A stretch of 64,000 nt of DNA from NCBI RefSeq assembly GCF_018350175.1, contig NC_058383.1, forward strand, positions 2,356,001-2,420,000, written 5' to 3'. Origin of the DNA: Felis catus (lineage: Eukaryota). Below, piece after piece: positions 38,537 to 50,700 of this stretch (positions within the stretch are counted from its first letter, which is position 1; each line of letters begins with the position of its first letter). The position numbers and the translations under genes are program-made. The notes beneath the pieces were generated by a model that did no database searches, had not been told where the DNA came from, and was given only the letters and a program-made list of their open reading frames with translations.

Positions 38537-41500
38537 TGAAGTTTCAACGAAAGTAATGTATGTGCTTACGTAAGTAGGCAAACAATAAAAATAAGTCCCC
38601 TTTAAAGAGAACGATTTGTTATGTTTTTGTAAATGTAATCATGTCCCCCCGCCCCCACCATTTATTTTTGACACTCACGATCTGGACCTTGAAGAAGAAC
38701 AGCTCACCCCCTTCTTCGGTTCAACACATCACAACCACGTTCCCACATCTCAAACACATCATTTTCAGTATCAGCAGTACCTTGGAAACACTGCCAGACC
38801 TGGTCACTCCTCACCGTCTCTGCTCCTGATGCCCTGACCTCCGACAGAGGCAACAGCCGGTAACCCTTGAACGTCCAACGCCGATCGCACCCCCCGTCTG
38901 GGGAAACCCGTACACGCAGCCCGTGTCACTCAGACATAAAGCCAGTTTCCCTCCGATGGCCTGTAAGGCCCCAGTGCATCGGCACCCCTCCTCGGCCCCC
39001 CTTCCCCTTTCTGGAGGGGCGGGGCTCTTCCTGGTTCCAAGCCCCCTTCCCCCCCATCAGTTTCCAGGCTCCAGTCCCCCAGTACTTTCTGTGTGGGAAG
39101 CGCCCTCCCCGGGTCCCCTGCCCCACCAGTGTCACCTCTGACAGCAGGCTCTCTGGGCCCTCTCCTCCACCCGCCTCCCCCTCCCTCTGCTTGCTTTTTC
39201 CCATGGCACCTCACACCTTCTAACATTCTAGAGGAGTGAACATTTTATTACATTGGTTGCCTATTTCCCACACTAGCGTATAGGCTTTAGAGAACGGGGC
39301 TCCCCCCCGCCCCCCCGCCACACACACACTGACGCATCCCAAGCACCCAACACCTAAGAGGCGTTCAGTAAACATGAGGTAAGTGACTTCTCAGTGGCCA
39401 CGCGGTGCCCGCCACACGCCATCATTTAATGGAGTACCCCTACGGCTGGCGGATAGGAGGTCCAGGGTTGTTCACATCGTGAGTCACACTGCGGAGCACA
39501 TCCGCGCCATCCAAGCGTGCCAAGGACCAGCAGCAGCCCGGACCTAGAAACGCTGAGTCCCAGGCGCTCTCCCTCCAGGCCTGCGGAGTCAGAGTCTGTG
39601 TGCTCACAAGACGACGATGGTTCCAGGCTCACGCGGGGCCCCGGACCAGGGGAGGCGGAAGCGGCCAGGGCACAGCCCTGGGGGAGCCTCCTCTCTCAGG
39701 TCACAACACGGGACGCCCTGGCCCTGGGTGGCGCGTGAGCCCTCGTGAGCGTTTACTCGTGGAACCGCACTCAGAAGAGAGGTTACGCGGGCGTGCAGCC
39801 TAAAACAACCCGCTTACCGACAGGAAGCCAACAGCATGCTCGGACAAGGGGTTAACGACGAAGGTGAGAGGGGCGCTGGAAACGCACATGGGGGGAACCG
39901 ACGCCCTGATCTCGTGTCCTTCCCTCCCCACCCGTCCTCTGCGGCCACGTCACCGTAAACCACCATCTCGGCTCGAGATGTCACGGACCACCGGGTGGTC
40001 CGCGCGAGGACGGCTCCTGGCCCGCCAGCCGCCAGGGCACAAAACCCGCACAGGTCGGCCCTGCGGTGCAGAGAGCTGAGCCGGAGGGTGGAGGGGCTGA
40101 GAGAGGCCGGCTCACCTGAACTCCCACCGCGGTCCAGAGGAGGCTTTTCCCTTGCCCCCAACGGGTGCGTTCTCATTTGACACGGGAAAGCCGAGCTGCC
40201 ACGGGGGTAGGGAAGCGTGGCGTAAAGAAGGCACCGGAGGGCCAGGAGCCCACCCGGGCCGTCAGTCCCGGGAGTTCCTGGGTCTAAAAGGAGACTTCTC
40301 AAGCGGAATCACAGCCGATACCGATGTTTGGGGAAGCTCGCGACGCTCACGTGAAGGACGTGGAAAGAACAGGTCAACGAGGGCGGGCAGAACAGCTGCG
40401 GTGGCGATGCGGGCGCACCGCCATCGAGGCGGCAGGGAGGAGCAGGCCTGCGAAGGATTCTGGTCCCGAGTTTACATTCCCAACGTTCTCTTTACAAATA
40501 ACAGCGATCCTGTAGCATCTCCTCCCGTTTCCGACTCTTTGGCACCCGAATGGCAAAAATGGCCATCGGTTCTCAAATACGTATATGGCGACGGCTATGA
40601 AAGTCCGGAGAGCGCGCACGTGGGGTTGAATAAACACAGGTGAAAGTCGAGAAGCTACAAGAAGAGCCTTGAAAGCAGAGCGAAACAAGTCAACACGCGA
40701 GAAGACCCTCAAGGCCGCCGAGAGACGCCAGTGACGACCAGGACGGCTGTAACGCAGAAGGTGGACGACGGCGAGTGTCGGCAGGACGTGGACGCCCCGC
40801 AGCCTTCGTGCCCGCCGGTGGGAACGGAGAGCGGTGCGGCCGCTGGGGAAGACGGTCCGGCGGTCCCTGCGAGGGCTCGGCACCTGTGCTCCCGCGACTC
40901 CGCGCCTAGCGGTCTACCTCAGGTCAAAAGTCATTCACACGAAACCCGTGTCCGCACGTGAACGTCCACGGCAGCAGCATCACGGGAGCCAAAAGCGGGG
41001 AAGGACCCAAACGGCCACCGGCTGGTCAACTCACGAGCCGAACGCGTCCACTCACACGAGTGCCGGGCCGGGCCGCGCTACGGTGTGGATGGACCCACAA
41101 CGTCACGCTCGACAGGACGACAAGGAGTCAGAGACCGGGAGAAAAATCACTGTAACACGCAACACACATCCGGTGGCGGTCTGGTATTCAAAACACACAA
41201 AGAGCTCTTAGGTTTTTTATAAAATTAAACTCCTACGGGCAACTGCACCCCTTGGCATTCGTGCAAATGAGTTGAAAGCTTTTATCTACACAAAAACCTG
41301 CAGTCAAGTGTTTACAGCAGCTCTATTCATAAGCGCCAAAACCTGGAAGCAACAAGGACACCCTCCAACAGGTAAAAGGATAAACATACCGTGGTCCACC
41401 CAGACACTGGAATATTATGCGGCACTAAAGAGAAAGGAGCTCTCAAGCCATGACAAGACGTGGGGGAACATTAAATGTATGTTGCTAAGCGACAGAAGCC

Positions 41501-41583
41501 AACCTAAAAAGGCTTCGTGATATAGGATTCCAAGTACGTGATTTTCCGGAAAAGGCAAACTATGGAGACAGTGAAATATCAGT

Positions 41584-41800
41584 GGGGCCGCCTGGGTGGC
41601 TCCGTCAGTGAAGGGTCCAACTCTTGATTTTGGCTCAGGTCATGATCTCACGGTTCGTGGGATCAAGCCCCATGTCGGGCTCTGTACTGACAATGTGGAG
41701 CCGTCTAGGGACACTCTCTCTCCCTCTCCCTCTGCCCCTCCCCTGCTCCTCCTTTCTTTATCTGCCTCTCTTTCTGGAGGAGGAAGAGGAAGAAGAAGGA
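41584..41800 (+). mobile_element. Can-SINE with a (GGA/GAA) tail
   Basis: SINE head and body; flanked by cagtgg on both sides. Confidence 0.85.
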
Positions 41801-41959
41801 CCAGTGGTAACCAGGGGTTGGGAGGAAAGGAGTGAGGGACGGATAGTTAGGACTCAGGAGATTTTTAGGGTGGTCAGACTATTCTGTGTGATTCTGTAAT
41901 GGTGGATACATTTGTCAAAACCCATAAAACTGTACAGCACCAAGAGTGAGCCCGACTCT

Positions 41960-42178
41960 GGGGAGCCTGGGGGGCTCAGTCGGTCGAGCGTCCGACTTCG
42001 GCTCAGGTCATGATCTCACAGCTCGTGAGTTGGGGTCCCGCGGTGGGCTCTGTGCCGACAGCTCGGAGCCTGGAGCCTGCTTCGGATTCTGTGTCTCCCT
42101 CTCTCTCTGTCCCGAACGCACTCTCATTCTGTCTCTGTCTCTCTCAAAAATAAATAAACGTTAAAAAAAAAAAATTTA
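41960..42178 (+). mobile_element. Can-SINE
   Basis: Full body; TSD aagagtgagccc. Confidence 0.9.
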
Positions 42179-43219
42179 AAAGAGTGAGCCCCAGTGTAAA
42201 GTATGGACTTCAGTTAATAATAATGTATCGATACAGCTCACCGGTAATAACCAAATACCCCAGCGATGCAAGATGCTGACGGCAGGGAGACTCTGAGGGG
42301 GGGAGGGAGGGGGCGTATGGGAAGTCTGTACCTTCCACTCCATTCTGGAAACCTAAAACTGTTCTTAAAAAACAAAGCTTAGTAACTTAAAAAAAAAAAA
42401 AAGTGTTAAGTGAAAAAAGCTAGACGTAAAAGTTACCCATTTATAGGAAATTCCCAGGTAGATTCACAGAGACAGAGGACAGATTAGCGGAGAGACCGCT
42501 TAAGGAGTCTGGGTTTCCCTTTGGGGGGTGGAAACGTTCTGGAACTAGACAGAGAGGACGGTTTCACAACACCGTGAGTGTACGAAATGCCACTGAACTG
42601 TTCACCTTAAAATGGCTGAGTTTATGTTAAGTGAATTTGACCTCAATTATGAAAAAAGCAGAGGAAAAATAAAAAGGTCACACTGAAGCAACTTTGATCA
42701 ACTTTTGATGTCCCACAGAAATTCGAACGCTGTCGTCCTGATTTAAAGCGCCCAAACAGAGAAGAGCCAGCAAACACGCTCCATCAGAGGCCACCCGTGG
42801 AGCTGCTGCAGAACCAGGCAGAGGACAGGGCGGCTCGCGCCAGGTGGTCAATGGCACGGGGAGGCGAGGGCTCAGGATATGGACAGTCAGCGGGACTCGC
42901 GACACGCTGGGTGGATCAGACGTGGGAGAAACAGGAATCAAAGATTAGGTTTCCAGACTGCACGCGTTGGCAGATGATGGGACCACTTACGAAGCGGGGA
43001 GGACAGCGGACGAGGGGTCAGGGGTTTGGTTCCGTGCGTCATGTTCCAGATGCTCCTAGGAGGCACAGGTGGAGACGGCGAGGGGGCCGTGGTGTAAAAG
43101 ACTCCAGGAGCCACAAGGGTACAGTCAGGACCGAACGTGTAAACAGAGAAACTACTGGGAGATGGGAGAGTGTCAGAGGACTAAGGACATCACCTTCTAT
43201 CGTACCCCGGAAATACTAC

Positions 43220-44380
43220 TTACCAGTTCGTTCAACTTCGTGCTCTTTTTCGCCAAGCAGAATTGAAACGCTGTTAGAGAGTTTAAAAGGTCCATCCCTG
43301 CCCTCTCGACCATTTGTCCTTGATGTCATAACCTGAAAGACTTTCCTCAGCCTGGGATCACAGAAGTACTCATCTACATTTTATCCCAGAATTCTGATCC
43401 ACTCTTAGTATTTTTGTCTATACTCATATGGAAATCATTCCTGTATCAGAAAGGAATCTAACTCTATCGTTCTCAACGATTAGTCATCTTCACAGCACCC
43501 TGTGTTCAACCATCCCTCGCTCCCCACTGTTCTGAAAGCCTCCCTTCATGGTATCCCGACGGCCCAGGTACACGAGGGTCGGCCTGGGATCCGTGTCTGC
43601 CTCACCAAGCCACTGCCCGTTCCTGAGCCAGCGCGACCCTGCTCTAATGATGGCGACTTCACCACACTTTGGTAGAATATTGCGCAGGGAAATCGCCCCA
43701 AACACACTGCCTTTCCCCCAGAACTGTATTAGGTAAGACCACACATTTATTCATCATGCAGATCTCAGTATCGTTCCGTCAAGTTCCAAGAAAAATAAAC
43801 TGGCGTCTGTTTGACTGGTATTGTGTTCCATTCATAAACTGGCATTATTACACTATCAGCGATTCCTACTCACAGAAAATGATCAATTTTTCGCAGTCTT
43901 TTTATGTTCTGCACTCAAGTTTTACAGATTTCATCATATAGGCTTCACTCAGTTCTTGCTTATTCCTGGTACGTTGTCCCACGGTGCGGTTACGAATGGG
44001 ATGTTCTTCTATGACAGGAAAGTGCATACACACACATGTTCAAACACGATCATTTATTTTGTAGCCAGCCACTTCTGGAGCCGCGCTTCATTCCAACGAC
44101 ACTTTGGATGATACCTGCCACTTATGATGTTAATTTCGTCCCTTCCTTTCTAGCAGATACACCTAATTTCTTTTTTCTTTTACCTGACGAGACTCTCCAC
44201 AACATCACTGAATTAGATTGGCACCTGGCATCCTTGACTTTTCCAGTCTCAAAGAAGGTCTCTGTGCAAGGGACAGTCCCTCCTCAAGACAACACACCTG
44301 CAGCCTCTCTCACCTGTCACGTCTGCCATTCTGTTATCGAGTACTCAATGGTTTGCTCTCGGATCACGTTGTTTATATAA
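43220..44380 (-). mobile_element. Degenerate old L1 ORF2 fragment
   Basis: Antisense L1-like motifs, e.g. cacagcaccctgtgttcaac and catttattcatcatgcagatctcagtatc; low identity. Confidence 0.5.
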
Positions 44381-44631
44381 AATAAGTCAGATGATGGATC
44401 AGCGCCAAAACTATTTGGGGAAAAAAGTCATAACCGAGGAAACAATCACCTGGGTACTAATTATGGAAACAATACAAAAGAAAACAAGTACTTGTGTATA
44501 CCGCCAATTACTCAAAAAAAAAAGTGGACGCGGTCTCTTTTAGAAGGCTCAAGACCTGTCTTTTAATCTACTTCAAAAACACTTACATTTAGAACTTATA
44601 CCCAATACTTTTTAAGAGTATTATTGAGTCT

Positions 44632-44833
44632 GGGGCACCTGGGTGGCCCAGTCAGTAAAGTGTCCAACTTCGATTCAGGTCATGACCTGGTGGTTTGTGG
44701 GTTCGAGCCCCGCCTCAGGCTCCGTGATGACAGCCTGCTTCAGATTCTGTGTCTCCCTCTCTCTCTCTGCCCCTCCCCGGCTCTCGCTCTCTCTCAAAAA
44801 TAAACATTTAAAAATAAATACCCATTAAAAAAA
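44632..44833 (+). mobile_element. Can-SINE
   Basis: ggggcacctgggtggcccagtc head; TSD aagagtattattga / aagaatattattaa. Confidence 0.88.
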
Positions 44834-45322
44834 GAATATTATTAACTTTAAAAACTAACGGAAGACGAGAAAAAGGCATTTACACCGTCAGAAGAATTTT
44901 ACTTTGTACCAGATACAGGAAGGAAAGCTCAGGCCACACGGTGGCTCTTTTCTTAAAGTTACCAAGAAATAAGGAACAAGACAAGTTTCCAATTAAAAAA
45001 AAATGCTGAAGATGCTGTGGTCTCCTTGGTAAATATTTACACATTCTGAAAATATTCAAGATTACCAAAATTCTAAAGGGAAATTCAAACCACACATTAA
45101 GTCAAAACACCTGTAATTAAAAATGAAAACGTCCTTGTAACTGTCGAGAGCTGACGTAGAGAGGCAAGGGTTTAATCAAAACTGGATTGCTTAATCATAT
45201 AAATTATGTTCTTTAATTACACTACGTCAATAATATTTAATATATTCCTCAGGACTCATACTATAAAATTACTATTGCCAAGGCACTCTCTAAAGTAATG
45301 TTTTCTGTAGAAAACCTATTTT

Positions 45323-45530
45323 TTTTTATTTTTTTAAATTTATTTTTGAGACAGAATGAGAGTGAGCGAGCAGGGGAGGGGCAGAGAGAGAGGGAGAGAG
45401 AGAGTCCCAAGCAGGCTCTACACCGTCAGTGTGCAGCCTGACGTGGGGCTCGATCTCACAGACCATGAGATCGTGACCTGAGCTGAGACCAAGAGTCAGT
45501 GGCTTAACCGACTGAGCCACCAGGCGCCCT
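45323..45530 (-). mobile_element. Older Can-SINE (first insertion at the shared site)
   Basis: Flanked by TAGAAAACCTATTTT at 45308 and 45533. Confidence 0.9.
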
Positions 45531-45547
45531 GGTAGAAAACCTATTTT

Positions 45548-45771
45548 TTTTTTTTAATTTTTTTTTTTTCAACGTTTATTTATTTTTGGGACAGAGAGAG
45601 ACAGAGCATGAACGGGGGAGGGGCAGAGAGAGAGGGAGACACAGAATCGGAAACAGGCTCCAGGCTCTGAGCCATCAGCCCAGAGCCTGATGCGGGGCTC
45701 AAACTCACGGACGGCGAGATCGTGACCTGGCTGAAGTCGGACGCTTAACCGACTGCGCCACCCAGGCACCC
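45548..45771 (-). mobile_element. Young SINEC_Fc (second insertion at the shared site)
   Basis: Flanked by TAGAAAACCTATTTT at 45533 and 45772; carries the diagnostic GGCGCAGTCGG and CAGCCAGG. Confidence 0.93.
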
Positions 45772-47657
45772 TAGAAAACCTATTTTAAAAAATAAATTCA
45801 CAAATTCCTGCTTTGCAGGAGTCAACACTCGGCATTTTGCTAGTCCGCCAGTTTTCCTAGGAAAACTTTGCTTTCCTTTCACAAGGGCTCACAGTGCATC
45901 ACTCCCGAGGAGGCCGTGTGTGCCCGGGTCGTGTGCCGTGTCCTCCGGGAGCTCCGGTCATGCTTGTGCTCACCGGGGATGACGGTTAACCCCGCCGATG
46001 CCACCCCTGAGGTCGCCAAACGGGGAGCGTGAGCCACAGCTGGGAAGGCTGTCACCAATTAAGCGCCACTCCCAGTTTTTAAAAAGCGGAGCCCGAGGAC
46101 ATCAACACAGCCCACCGTCACCCACTCACACCGGGCAACGTCGTGCGTCCCAAGGGCCGGACGTCAGTCTCCTCCACCCAAGCGGAGCCCCCACCCTGCC
46201 TTTCGCCACTTCCTGGGGCGCTGCCACAAGGACACACAAGCGCAGTACGCGACAGGAGGCCTGGAGACTGCCGAGCCACGCGCAGGCAGACGTGGTCCCG
46301 AGCGGGCAGCTGGGAGAACCTGGCCCCGGGTCGCCCCGCTCCTGCCACGTGCGGGCACCGGGTGAGACACCAGGAAGGAGAACAGGGCGGCTGCTCCTGT
46401 CCTGAGGACCTCAGCTTAGCAGGCGCCCAGAGAAACGGGCTTCCCTCTGCTCGGACAGATCCGTTTGCGGTGGACGGACCCACGCCTGGACGGCCCGTTC
46501 CCTGCCACGGAGCCTGAAGGGCTCAAGGGGGACACGGAGCTGGGCCAGGCCACACAGCCTGCTCGCAGTCCAGCCAGGAACGGCTCACGGTCTGAGCAGG
46601 AGACAACACGGACTCCGTCCCCGCTGCAGGCACAGGGGAGGCGTCAGTCGGGCCTCCTCGGCCGCGGCCGTCAGGTGTGTGTCCCCACACGGCGCTCCGC
46701 TGTCTCCCCGACTCTCTTCCCCGACGGGGGCGCTCAGGGGCGAGTGGGACTGGGCCCGTCCCCGCGTCCCGATGGCGTCTCCGCCCGGGCCCTTCCTGGG
46801 CTGGACTTACTCAGGGGACCTCGAACAGCGAGTGACATTTCAGTGTCTCGTCGACTCAGGTCATCCTGTTTTTCTCACGCTACGGTTTCAGCAGACCCTT
46901 GGGTCTGGTCTTACAGAATATACACTTCCACGGCGCACCTTCTCTTCCAGACTCGGCTTTTCTTCTGCCCTGTGTGGGCTCCCCCGGCCCCTTTGGATAC
47001 AGCGGGGAGAGCGGCCAGGCCGGGTCTCCACCTCTCCCACGAGCGGCTCTCTACCAACCCGATCTTCGCAGAAGCACTCTGGGTCAGCTTCCCCGACGGC
47101 ATTTCTACCCCGCTGGTCCTCCCAGACCAGAGCCGAAGGCTGACGGTGGCTGCCCCGGGTCTAAGGGGACGGGGGTGAAGGAAGCCGAAACCCTGTCTGG
47201 GTCGCAGCGGGCTTGCTTCTGAAATCCTACCAAACGACCCCTCTTTGAGCTCACTTCTCCGTCTGGGGAGCACTGGCTCAGCACGGATTCTGCCTTGGCC
47301 AAGGTCCCTCTGCTTCTGAGTGCTTTCCCTAAATTGTCCCAGGGCTGAAGTCGGGGGGACTAGTGGAGATGTTCAGGCTCGTGCCGACCCACCTGCTCCT
47401 CAATGTTACTGTTCGGAGGTGGGGCCGAGGCCAAGAGACACGCTACACGGCCCTAGAATCATCTCTCTGCCTTTGGCCACAGTGTGTTTGAAATATTACA
47501 ACCATAATACAAAACTGCCGTTTTTGTGGGTCACAAATCAGAATTTCATGCAGTTCAACTTCATGTGTAAGAATGCCTCTTTTTGTTCCTTGATTACTTC
47601 TGAACATTTTCATACTCGTGTGTCGGATGACTTTTCAACATATACGCACAAATATGT

Positions 47658-47659
<2 letters not shown>

Positions 47660-47715
<56 letters not shown>
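47660..47715. repeat. (AC)n microsatellite
   Basis: About 28 units. Confidence 0.97.
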
Positions 47716-47718
<3 letters not shown>

Positions 47719-50700
47719 CATCCCATCAGGTAATGAGCAGGTTGTGTGAACCTCGCATCCCAATGCACTGCCCCAGATGGGTCAGTCCTCTGCCCCGAAC
47801 TCCGCACTCGCCTCCCAGCGCCACCAGAGTTGTCTGGCTCAAGGAGGCCCTGCCGGACCTGCTCAGGTTCCCTCCTCCACCTGCCACCCGGCATTCCAAC
47901 ACAGCTGTCTTTCCGTTCCTTAAAAGCCAGCTTCTTTCGGCCTCACGGCTCCCGTGCTCTTAACCCCTCGGCCTGGCTCACCGCAGAAAGGGGCTTCCCG
48001 GCTTCGGGTTCGGTGTGCTCTCAGCCTCGGGCCACACAACACCCGCCTCCAAGTTCAGGGATCGGGGGCTACAGTTCAGGGACTAGTGTGTGGGGCCAAT
48101 GGCAGCTCTGCCCAGAGGGAGGGGAGCCTCGAGTCTGGGGTTATTTCTGCAGTACGTACGTAATCTGCGGGATTAATAAAGAAGTCGAAAGCTATCACAG
48201 GGGGCTTCACGCAACAGGATGTCAAATGGGCCCAGGTGTTTCTGGGTCACCTGTAACAACTCAGTGTCGAAGAAGCATGTCCAGAGATGTGAGGGGCGGC
48301 CCCAGTGAGGGACACCGTGGGGACCTGAGGGGCAGGGACACTGGGGGACGGGAGGGGGGGCCCCGACGAAGGACACCGTGGGGACGTGAGGGGCTGGGAC
48401 ACTGGAGAGAAAGGAGGAACTTAGGGACTCCGGCGTTCTGTTGGACCCCTGATGTTCCCACAAACTGGTGAGCAGCTAGCATTCTTGATGGCTTCCTTCA
48501 GGGACAACTACATTTATTCCTAAAAGAGCGATCAGCTTGCTATTTCCGCTCGTCACAGAAAAAGTCCCGACGGGGCTGAGACGTCACCAAGGGGCTTCTG
48601 GCTTCACAGGTGGCCCCAGGCAAATTCACCCTCAGCGAGCCTCCACTTTTCTCCCTCTGCTTCAGAGTCTGCAATCAACGTGGAAATCACAACGGGAATC
48701 AGCTTGACAGACGGAGGTGAAGACACCGGCTTTCGTCCTCAATAGACGCCAGATGGGAGAGCTGGTTTTAGACTTGCAGCCAGCGAGGTGTGCTCGCGGG
48801 TGTGGCTGGACAGACAGACACAGGCGGGACGAAACCCAGAATGGCCACGCCCTGCGGGCCGGGGCTCCGGAGGAGGGAGGCCGGAGGGCCAGAGCCCGGC
48901 GCCTGCTTCCTTCTCGAAAGTCACCTGGCCAGAGGCTCGCTCATCCTCCCCCCTGCATGGGGGTGGGGTGGGGAGGGAAGGGAAGTTAAGAAAGTACTGG
49001 AGCTGAAGTCCCTCCCCAACAGAGTAAAGCCCCGAACCTAGCCTCACAGGGTTACTGGGACCTGAGCCCCTGCCTTCCGCACAAACACCAAAGCGCCCAA
49101 TGCAAAGGTTTTCTTCCTCCTCTGCAGCCGCGTCCTCGCGGCATCTCGCCCATCAACAGACACTTGATAAGTGTTTGCTGACTCGGCTTCCCGAGAGGAT
49201 CGCTTTTAATGAGACACCTGCTTTAACTAGGAGGTTCCAGGGGTGCCGGTTTGTTTAAAGACACAACCCGACCGCTTCGGAACCGAATCCACCATGTACC
49301 GACAAGACGGTCAACAGCCCATCTGCCACGTCCCAGTTGTGACGGCCAGCCTCGCGGGGGGCGTCTCCTCCTCTCCCACATCACTCCCCACTTAGACTTT
49401 CGCACCCACAGGCCTCTGATCCAGGCGTCAGAATCCTCGGGAAAACACTCGGGTGGCCCCAAAGATGCAGCCTTGGGCCGTCCCAGGGGTGCCAACGACC
49501 GCAGGGGAGAGCTGGCACCAGTGGGAAACACAGACGAACCGTCGCGTGTGACAGAAATTCCCAAAGCAAACGCGGAAGCAGCCCCTCCCTTTCACCTGTA
49601 AGGGAGACGAGCAGTAAGGGGAGACTGAGCAATCACTCCCTTCCCTTCCCCGTAAGTGTCCAGTCCTTCGCCGGGACGTCGTGTGACGTGTCCGCAGAGA
49701 GGAGAACGAATGTACTCCGCGTGCCACGATGCTCCGCCAGCGACCGTGGGGCGTGCTCCTCTGGACGGCTGAACTGCTGAGCTGCTGGCGTCTCAGCGGC
49801 GGGAGCACTCGTGCCCCAGGGGATTCACGTGTAACACAAGTCCAGGTGAATCTCATCCCACATCCCGCAGACAGTCTTGATGGCCCCCGCCCTTCCCGTG
49901 ACGGCTCCTCTCCTGCCCGGTCCTCCCCGGTCTTTCCGGTCCCCACACGAGTCAAGCAGGCAGATAAGCACCATAAAAGGACTCACCACCGTGCACACAG
50001 CACAGCAAAGGGACGGCTGGGAACCTCGGGAGCACGTCTTGCTGCGGCCCTGACACCTATCCTGGCCTTCCCCGGGTACCGCGGGGAGCCGCCCTCTGCC
50101 CCAGACGTGCACACGAGGGCCGTGGGGCACCCACGCCATGTACCATCAGCAGAACATTCCGGCAAGGCAAGGACAATATTAATACTGCACAGGGCACAGA
50201 TTCCGAGTCGGAGTGTTCTGTTCCCGTGGCTTAGTTTCTGCTCCACTCAGCTGAAGTAGTCACTGGAGTCCCTGAGGCCTGGGTTCACTGGCTAACACCA
50301 GTCAGTGTTCGTGAGCATCAGTCTTCACTGCTGACTCTTCATGTAACACGGCCGTCGGGCAAAGTTGGTGCCGTGGGCTTCAGGCCGGGCGGGCAGACAG
50401 GCCCGAGTTCAGAGAGCGGTGCTGTCTGCTTGGCCTCTGCTTATGACAGCAGGGGTGGGGACGCTTTCTTGCCACACTCTCCAGCTCCTCTCCACCCACT
50501 CGCAGAGACGCCCGAGAGTCAACAACTGTTCCTTTTCTGTCCTACGGACGAAGCACCTCCCAGAGCACAAGTTCCCAACGGACCCGGGCCACCGCGTCAG
50601 GACAGAGTTCCGGCCGGCCGACACACTCACACGACACAGAGGCTGTTCTCCTGCCGTGAACCAGTGTCCGGGACCCACGTGAACACGTACCCTGATGTCA

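Larger units (their letters stand above)
40700..42660 (+). mobile_element. Composite L1 3' ends: an L1MB-like piece (40700-41130 plus 42403-42660) interrupted by an L1MC-like 3' end (41200-42402)
   Basis: Two successive copies of the L1 ORF2-end motif. The inner copy ends in poly-A at ~42402, after which the outer copy resumes at gtgttaagtgaaaaaagctagac. Confidence 0.7.
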
